Assembly (NCBI GenBank): GCA_964574655.1
Contig: CAZNOH010000002.1
Coordinates: 172,596 to 236,595, forward strand
Length of the DNA: 64,000 nt
Origin: an uncultured Candidatus Saccharibacteria bacterium
Lineage (GTDB): Bacteria > Patescibacteriota > JABMPQ01 > JAQVVF01
Direction: 5' to 3'
Position numbers and translations under genes: made by a program. Of this stretch, positions 58,083 through 64,000 are shown in pieces. The notes under the pieces were generated by a model. That model was not told where the DNA came from, made no database searches, and saw nothing but the letters and a program-made list of their open reading frames with translations. The stretch's first letter is position 1. Each line of letters begins with the position of its first letter.

Positions 58083-58688
58083 ATGAAAAATACTGATTTA
58101 AAAAACATTATCTCCAAAGTAGCAAAGGAATCTGAAGCCGGAAAAACCAAAGCCGAAGAATTTATTCAGCTGGTTGTTTTTGAATTAGACAAAGAAGAAT
58201 ACGGCGTAGAAATCGAGGATCTAAAAGAGATTATAAGAATTCCTCAAGTTACGCCAGTGCCGGGCGCTCCAGATTTTATTTCCGGAATCCTGAATTTACG
58301 GGGAAAGATTGTTGTAACTTTGGATTTAGAAAAAAGATTTAAATTAGCAAGAGAACATCAAGCTGTTCCACAACACATTATTATTGTCGAAGTGGGAAAT
58401 AGCCTATTCGGCGTTATTGTCGATAAGGTAGCCGGGGTTTTGCGAGTGCCAATCTCTCAAATTAAGAAGGCGCCAGGTTTAGTTACTGCGAAAATTCATG
58501 CTGAGTTTATTAAAGGAGTTGTAGTTCAAGAAGCAAAAGCTAAAATCAACAAAACCGAAGAAACTAAAAAAAAGGAAAAACAAAAAGAAAGCCGTCTAAT
58601 TATCTTGATCGATTTGCCAAAAATGCTTTCCGACAAAGAGTTATTAAGCCTAGGAAAAATAACAAAAGAAGTTGGCAAAATTGATTAA
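58083..58688 (+). CDS. cheW: Chemotaxis coupling protein CheW
   Basis: 'EYGVEIEDLKEIIRIPQVTPVPGAPDFISGILNLRGKIVVTLDL' CheW-domain hallmark. Confidence 0.88.
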   Translation: MKNTDLKNIISKVAKESEAGKTKAEEFIQLVVFELDKEEYGVEIEDLKEIIRIPQVTPVPGAPDFISGILNLRGKIVVTLDLEKRFKLAREHQAVPQHIIIVEVGNSLFGVIVDKVAGVLRVPISQIKKAPGLVTAKIHAEFIKGVVVQEAKAKINKTEETKKKEKQKESRLIILIDLPKMLSDKELLSLGKITKEVGKID

Positions 58689-58732
58689 AGACTTAATCTT
58701 ATAATTTAATCTTTAATTTTAAACTAACATTT

Positions 58733-59092
58733 ATGGACAAAAACATTAAAATTCTAATTGCCGATGATTCAATTTTTATGCGCCAGGTTTTGAAAGACAT
58801 TCTTCAAAATATAGGCTTATCTAAATTTTACGAAGCAGGAAACGGCAAAGAGACTCTTGAAATACAAGAAAGAGAAAAACCTGGATTAATCTTACTGGAT
58901 TTAATTATGCCCGAAGTTGATGGCATGGAGGTGTTGAAAAAAATCGGCCGTACGACAAATATCTTAGTTGTCAGCGCAGTAGGCCAAGAAAAACTGATTG
59001 AGGAGGCAAAAAGTTATGGCGCCTTGGGCTTTGTTGTCAAACCATTTGATTCTTCAAAAGTAATTGAGGAAATTAAAAAAATATTGAAATAA
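58733..59092 (+). CDS. cheY: Chemotaxis response regulator CheY
   Basis: REC domain 'ILIADDSIFMRQ...LILLDLIMPEVDGMEVL...K'. 119 aa. Confidence 0.85.
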   Translation: MDKNIKILIADDSIFMRQVLKDILQNIGLSKFYEAGNGKETLEIQEREKPGLILLDLIMPEVDGMEVLKKIGRTTNILVVSAVGQEKLIEEAKSYGALGFVVKPFDSSKVIEEIKKILK

Positions 59093-59197
59093 AAAAAGGA
59101 CGGGAAATATTAAGTGAATCAAGTATTTAGCTTAATACCGTCTTTATTTGTATCAGATAGATTTTAAATTAATTTGTTAACAATCAACTAAATCAAA

Positions 59198-60250
59198 ATG
59201 AATAAAATCCGAGTTCTTATTGTTGACGACTCTTTCGTTATGCGCACATTATTAGCTGAGATTCTGAATGTTGATCCAGAAATAGAAGTTGTTGGCATGG
59301 CAAGAGATGGGGAGACGGCAATCAAAGAAGCAAAACGTCTAAAACCAGATGCAATCTTGATGGATTATTTACTGCCCAAAATTGACGGAGCGCAAGCCAC
59401 GGAGCAAATATTAAAATCAGAAAATCACCCGCCAGCGATTATCATGATTTCCGCTTTTACAAAAGAAGGAGCGGAAGTAACTTTAAAAAGCTTAAGATTG
59501 GGTGTGGCAGATTTTGTCCTAAAACCTTCAGGAGAAGTTTCTTTAGATATTGGAAAAGTGCGAGTAGAAATTATTTCTAAAATAAAAATTGCTGTCCATG
59601 CCAGAATTCTAAAATTCCATCGTATAAAAGAAAAGAAAGTCAAAAAAATAGAAGGAAACAGTGAAAATGTTTCAGCCATTGTGGTTATTGGCGCCTCAAC
59701 TGGCGGTCCTCCGCTAATTGAAAATATTTTAGAAAAATTTCCTTCTGATTTTGGCGCTACAATTCTTGTTGTCCAGCATATGCCAAAGCACTTTACTGAA
59801 ACCTTTTCGGAGCGCATAAACAAAATTTCACCATTAGTTGTTCGTGAAGCGCAAGAAGGAGAAACAATCAAGACCAGCCATGCTTTTATTGCTCCTGGTA
59901 ATATGCAAATGGAAATTGAGAAAGTAAAAAAAATAAAAAATATTTGTCTTAAAATAAATTTGATTCAAGAATTAAAAAGTTGTCATTCATGTCCTTCAAT
60001 TGATGTAACCATGATTTCTTTGGCTTATGCAAGACCCTCAAAAATTATCGGCGTGATTTTAACCGGCATGGGAGAAGATGGTTTGAAAGGCATGAAAGCA
60101 ATCAAAGCCGTTGGCGGACATACTATTGTTCAAGATCCAAAAACCGCCGCCGTTGATTCAATGCCAAAAGCAGTTATTGAAGCAAAGCTAGCAGATGAGG
60201 TTTTACCGCCAGAGAAAATTGCGGAAAAAATAATGGAATTAATAAGATAA
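59198..60250 (+). CDS. cheB: Protein-glutamate methylesterase CheB (REC + methylesterase)
   Basis: REC 'VLIVDDS', methylesterase 'VIGASTGGPPLIENIL', 'VVQHMPKHFTETF'. Confidence 0.88.
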   Translation: MNKIRVLIVDDSFVMRTLLAEILNVDPEIEVVGMARDGETAIKEAKRLKPDAILMDYLLPKIDGAQATEQILKSENHPPAIIMISAFTKEGAEVTLKSLRLGVADFVLKPSGEVSLDIGKVRVEIISKIKIAVHARILKFHRIKEKKVKKIEGNSENVSAIVVIGASTGGPPLIENILEKFPSDFGATILVVQHMPKHFTETFSERINKISPLVVREAQEGETIKTSHAFIAPGNMQMEIEKVKKIKNICLKINLIQELKSCHSCPSIDVTMISLAYARPSKIIGVILTGMGEDGLKGMKAIKAVGGHTIVQDPKTAAVDSMPKAVIEAKLADEVLPPEKIAEKIMELIR

Positions 60251-60253
60251 TTT

Positions 60254-61963
60254 ATGCTCGACCCCAAAAAACTTAAATCTATTTTTATCTCGGAAGTCGA
60301 AGATCATTTGCAAAGCCTAAATGCCAATCTTTTAAAATTAGAAAAAAGACCAAAAGAAAAAAAGATACTTGACGAGCTAATGCGTTCTGCTCATACGATT
60401 AAAGGCGCTTCAGCCATGATGGGATACAAGAAAATGGCTTTTTTAACGCATATTATGGAAGATGTCTTTGATTATGCTCGCCACGAAATGCTAAAAGTTA
60501 CTTCAAAAACAATTGATGAACTCCTTAAAGTTGTAGATGCGCTGGAAGAATCTTTAGTGAATATCAAAAAAACCGACAAAGAAATTAATTTGGATTATCT
60601 TTCCAACAAACTCAAAAAAATAACCGGAGTGGCAACCGAAGGATATGGAAAATCTCATAGAATGGCTGGAGGAAAGCCAGAGATCGGAAATCAAGAAATC
60701 AAGAAATCAAGAAATCATAAAATAGAAAAAGTTAATTTGAAAATTGAAAAATCCCCGCTTCCGCAATTTATAAATTATATTAAAGTGCCGGTAGAGCGTT
60801 TAGATGATTTAATGAATCTGATGGAGGAATTGATCATTGACAAAATGAAGCTGGAAAGATTAGCAAAAATTTTGAATTTTAGAGAAGAAACAAAAAGTTT
60901 AGTTGAACATCTAAGCCGTCTTATTTCTGAAATGCAATATCAAATTCTTCAAACAAGAATGGTGCCACTCGAACAAATCTTTGCCCGTTTCCCGCGTTTG
61001 GTCCGAGATTTAAGCCATGAGCAGAAAAAAGATATTAATTTTAAAATTTTTGGCGAAGAAACAGAGCTTGATCGAACAGTCGTAGATAAATTAACCGAAC
61101 CTTTAATTCATCTTCTTCGTAACGCTGTTGATCACGGCGTTGAAAAAAAAGGAAAAATTTCACTGACGGCAAAACGAGAAAAAGAATTTACCCATGTGGT
61201 AGTAGAAAATACTGGTCATTCGATAAATTGGCAGGTAGTTGTTGAAAAAGCGCATAAACAAGGAATGATTGATAAAGAAATTTACCATAAATATTTAGAA
61301 AATATTGAGAGTTTTAAATCAGAAATTATAAACTTATTATATCAAGGCGGACTTTCATCAAAAGAGAAAGTGACTGAAACTTCCGGCCGAGGCGTGGGAC
61401 TTAGCATTGCAAAAAAATTTGTTGAACAAGTTGGCGGAAGAATAGTTATCGAATCGCCAGTAGATCCTATCAAAAAAGAAGGAACGCGAATAACATTAGA
61501 GCTTCCCTTGACTTTAGCTATTATCAAATCTCTCTTAGTCAAAGTCGTTAATGATTTTTTCGCCATTCCTTTTTCGGGCATTCAGAGAACAGTCAAGATT
61601 TTGCCAAAAAATATCAAAAGTATGGCCGATCAAGATGTGGCGATAATTGATGGTCAAGATGTTCCCTTAATTTGGCTTGAGCGAATTTTAAAGCTTCAGC
61701 GTCCAGAATCAAGCGTAATGCCATCAAATTTAATTATCGTAATCGTTAAAAGAGGAGCGGATAAGGCGGGTTTTGTTGTTGATGAGCTTGTTGATAAACA
61801 AGAAACCGTTGTTAAATCACTGCCACCGCTTTTGCAAAAAACAAAGGGTTTTTCTGGCTCAACCATCTTAGGCGATGGAAAAACAATCTTAATATTAGAT
61901 ATCGTAAGTTTGCTAGAGAATACAAAGAAATTTATAAGAACAAATAAAGTTATATCAACTTAA
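60254..61963 (+). CDS. cheA: Chemotaxis histidine kinase CheA
   Basis: HPt 'HTIKGASAMMGY', HATPase 'LIHLLRNAVDHG...GRGVGLSIA', C-terminal CheW-like domain. Confidence 0.9.
   Translation: MLDPKKLKSIFISEVEDHLQSLNANLLKLEKRPKEKKILDELMRSAHTIKGASAMMGYKKMAFLTHIMEDVFDYARHEMLKVTSKTIDELLKVVDALEESLVNIKKTDKEINLDYLSNKLKKITGVATEGYGKSHRMAGGKPEIGNQEIKKSRNHKIEKVNLKIEKSPLPQFINYIKVPVERLDDLMNLMEELIIDKMKLERLAKILNFREETKSLVEHLSRLISEMQYQILQTRMVPLEQIFARFPRLVRDLSHEQKKDINFKIFGEETELDRTVVDKLTEPLIHLLRNAVDHGVEKKGKISLTAKREKEFTHVVVENTGHSINWQVVVEKAHKQGMIDKEIYHKYLENIESFKSEIINLLYQGGLSSKEKVTETSGRGVGLSIAKKFVEQVGGRIVIESPVDPIKKEGTRITLELPLTLAIIKSLLVKVVNDFFAIPFSGIQRTVKILPKNIKSMADQDVAIIDGQDVPLIWLERILKLQRPESSVMPSNLIIVIVKRGADKAGFVVDELVDKQETVVKSLPPLLQKTKGFSGSTILGDGKTILILDIVSLLENTKKFIRTNKVIST
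60687..60718 (+). repeat. 8-nt tandem repeat (GAAATCAA)x3 + GAAATCAT inside the cheA linker
   Basis: 'gaaatcaagaaatcaagaaatcaagaaatcat'. The unit length is not a multiple of 3. Confidence 0.9.
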
Positions 61964-61979
61964 ATTTAAAACCAAAATT

Positions 61980-62606
61980 ATGACTTTTTTATCAAATCTT
62001 GAAAAAGACAAATTAACCGAAGTCGTTAATATTGGAGCCGGCAACGCTTCAACGGCCTTATCGCAGATTATTCATAAAACTGTGAATATAAAAGTTCCTG
62101 AGACTTTTGTTGGTCCTATAGAAAAAGTTCATCAATTTTTTGGCGAGTCAGAAGAGATCATGACTGCGATTCTTTTGAAAATTCTAGGGGATGCGCCGGG
62201 AGTAATGCTTTTAATGTTTCCGCCAAAAAATGCCATGATATTAGCTGGCTTTTTAACTCAAGGTCATAAAAAAGACTTAAAAGTTTTAGATGAACTTGAT
62301 CGTTCGGCTTTGCGGGAAGTAGGCAATATTTTAGCTGGAGCATCGCTTACTGCGCTTTCCAAATTTCTTAATATGAATATTCTGCAGTCCGTGCCAGAGA
62401 CGGCGACAGATATGCTTGGTGCGGTAATGGAAACAATTCTATCAGAAATTGGTAAAAAATCTGAAACGGTTCTAGTTTTTAAAGTTGATTTTAAGATTGA
62501 AGGCGATAGCGTTTCCGGCAATCTTTTTTTTATTTTTGATCCTCAGGCAACCACCAAAATATTAGATGCAACTAAAAGAAAAATAAAGGAGGCACCTCAT
62601 GTCTGA
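61980..62606 (+). CDS. cheC: CheY-P phosphatase CheC
   Basis: 'NIGAGNASTALSQII' and a second CheC-type repeat 'EVGNILAGASLTALS'. Confidence 0.8.
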   Translation: MTFLSNLEKDKLTEVVNIGAGNASTALSQIIHKTVNIKVPETFVGPIEKVHQFFGESEEIMTAILLKILGDAPGVMLLMFPPKNAMILAGFLTQGHKKDLKVLDELDRSALREVGNILAGASLTALSKFLNMNILQSVPETATDMLGAVMETILSEIGKKSETVLVFKVDFKIEGDSVSGNLFFIFDPQATTKILDATKRKIKEAPHV

Positions 62607-63075
62607 AATAATTAATGTGAAAATAGCTGAAATTAGCGTTGGTCGTAATAATGGCCTTCGATTCAAAACCGGCAGTATTGGTTCATGCGTGATCATTATT
62701 CTTTACGATAAAAAAACAAAAACTGGCGGTTTAGCCCACGCAGTTTTACCGCAAAGGCATGAGCCAAAAAAAGACCAGATAATTGAATCTCCAGCAAAAT
62801 ATGTCTGTGAAGCGATTGATAATTTAGTTTCTGAAATTAAAAAACTTGGCAGTGAGAAAAAAAATCTTCGCGCGAAATTAGTTGGCGGGGCAAGAATGTT
62901 TAAAATATTAAGCGGCGATAAATATGGCATTGGCTATCAAAATATTGAAACAGCAAAAAATAAACTGAAAGAATCAAATATTCTTATCGCACAAGAAGAT
63001 ACCGGTGGCAATACGGGAAGAACATTGGAATTTAATCTAGAAAATGGATTAGTGAAAATAATAAAAAATTTATGA
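62599..63075 (+). CDS. cheD: Chemoreceptor glutamine deamidase CheD
   Basis: 'GSIGSCVIIILYDKKTKTGGLAHAVLP' with the catalytic Cys context. Confidence 0.8.
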   Translation: MSEIINVKIAEISVGRNNGLRFKTGSIGSCVIIILYDKKTKTGGLAHAVLPQRHEPKKDQIIESPAKYVCEAIDNLVSEIKKLGSEKKNLRAKLVGGARMFKILSGDKYGIGYQNIETAKNKLKESNILIAQEDTGGNTGRTLEFNLENGLVKIIKNL

Positions 63076-63440
63076 AAGTTCTTATCATCGACGATGATCG
63101 TTTTACCAGATTAGTTTATCAGTCGCAATTATCTCAAGAAAATATTAAGGTAGACTTGGCTTGCGACGGCGAAGAAGGCTTAAAAAAAATAAAAGAAACA
63201 AAGCCAGACTTAATTTTGCTAGATATTATCTTGCCGAAAAAAACAGGTTTTGAAGTTTTAGAAAATATACAAAAAGACCCAGAACTAAAAAAAATCCCAG
63301 TCATCGTTTTTTCTTCTTTAAGCCGTCAAAGCGATATTGAAAAGGCAATGAAACTTGGCGCAAAAAAATATTTGCCCAAAGATTCCCATACCCCAAAACA
63401 AATCGTTGAAGAAATCAAGAAAATTTTAATTAAAAAATAA
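63072..63440 (+). CDS. Stand-alone response regulator receiver (CheY-like)
   Basis: REC motifs 'VLIIDDD', 'LILLDIILPKKTGFEVL', 'K'. Confidence 0.75.
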   Translation: MKVLIIDDDRFTRLVYQSQLSQENIKVDLACDGEEGLKKIKETKPDLILLDIILPKKTGFEVLENIQKDPELKKIPVIVFSSLSRQSDIEKAMKLGAKKYLPKDSHTPKQIVEEIKKILIKK

Positions 63441-63699
63441 TTTCTTTAAAAAAATCAACAAATTTTATTGAGCCAAATCAAAAGCTCATTTTTTTGCTCC
63501 ATAAACATTATTATGTTATAATAAAAAAATAATAGTTGATTGAAACATTAAAATCTGTCATCTTGAAGCAAATTTTTGAATATGACAAATCAAAATTAAC
63601 AAAAATTAATAATTATTTTTGAACAAGCGTCAGTATTGTCAAGGCGGAAGTCAGGTGTACGATAAAATCATACAACTGAAATTATAACCCAAAGTAGTT

Positions 63700-64000
63700 A
63701 TGCCCAAAAAAATAGAAACTACAACCAAAATAGCAATTTTCCGCAGAAAAGAGATTAGAAAAACTGTTAATAATAAAGAGTGGTGGTTTTCCATTATTGA
63801 CATAATAGAGGCACTAACAGGAACAGAAAGACCAAGGAAATATTGGAGTGATTTAAAGCAAAAACTTATAAAAGAAGGATATCTTGAACTGTCCGATAAT
63901 ATCGGACAGTTGAAAATGAAAGCGCCGGACGGGAAAATGAGAGAAACTGATTGCGCAAATACAGAAACGCTTTTTCGCATTATTCAATCCATACCTTCTC
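63700..64000 (+). CDS. Bro-N domain protein paralog (5' part; runs off the window end)
   Basis: 'KIAIFRRKEIRKTVNNKEWWFSIIDIIEAL...CANTETLFRIIQSIPS' is homologous to 52026..52865. The ORF-track minus-strand ORF 63651..63980 is the antisense artefact. Confidence 0.65.
   Translation, partial: MPKKIETTTKIAIFRRKEIRKTVNNKEWWFSIIDIIEALTGTERPRKYWSDLKQKLIKEGYLELSDNIGQLKMKAPDGKMRETDCANTETLFRIIQSIPS

Noticed and set aside
63651-63980. 109-aa minus-strand ORF at the window end
   Set aside because: The plus strand here encodes a Bro-N paralog (63700..) clearly homologous to 52026..52865. The minus ORF is its antisense shadow.

Overview
This is an AT-rich, gene-dense bacterial window (about one-third GC by eye) with short intergenic regions. 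The gene content points to a small-genome, Gram-positive-type organism, possibly CPR/Patescibacteria-like. Cell-wall genes include MurT/GatD lipid II amidation, a CapA-like protein and LGFP-type repeats. Other recognisable genes are type IV pilus genes (pilT, two pilins, pilD), comFC, radA, recG, recX, ligA, gatC/gatA, htrA, clpC and a por (2-oxoacid:ferredoxin oxidoreductase) operon.

Housekeeping genes fill roughly positions 1-45000. The 3' third of the window is an accessory-looking region. It holds a 1328-aa secreted multi-repeat protein with higher GC, followed by a lipoprotein. Next come an AbiEii-like pair, a Bro-N domain gene, and a complete chemotaxis cluster: two MCPs lacking HAMP domains, a Cache-HAMP protein with no signalling domain, cheW, cheY, cheB, cheA, cheC, cheD and an extra REC gene. 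No cheR is visible. A second Bro-N paralog closes the cluster at the window edge.

The features I consider most worth a second look:
- A tandemly duplicated promoter-ORF-terminator cassette (18476-19545). Its two small ORFs are strongly diverged but each carries an Npl4/RanBP2-type zinc finger motif, while the flanking promoters and terminators are nearly identical.
- A family of dispersed 70-105-bp palindromic MITE/REP-like elements, in three copies.
- Simple-sequence tracts in the chemotaxis cluster that could cause phase variation: (AG)14 upstream of the first MCP, G9 and G11 runs at the 3' ends of two receptor genes, and an 8-nt x4 repeat inside cheA.
- A hidden overlapping ORF encoding a transmembrane peptide at the 3' end of a 339-aa gene.

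There are two tRNA genes on the minus strand (Arg-GCG and Ser-GCT). No rRNA and no CRISPR array are present.
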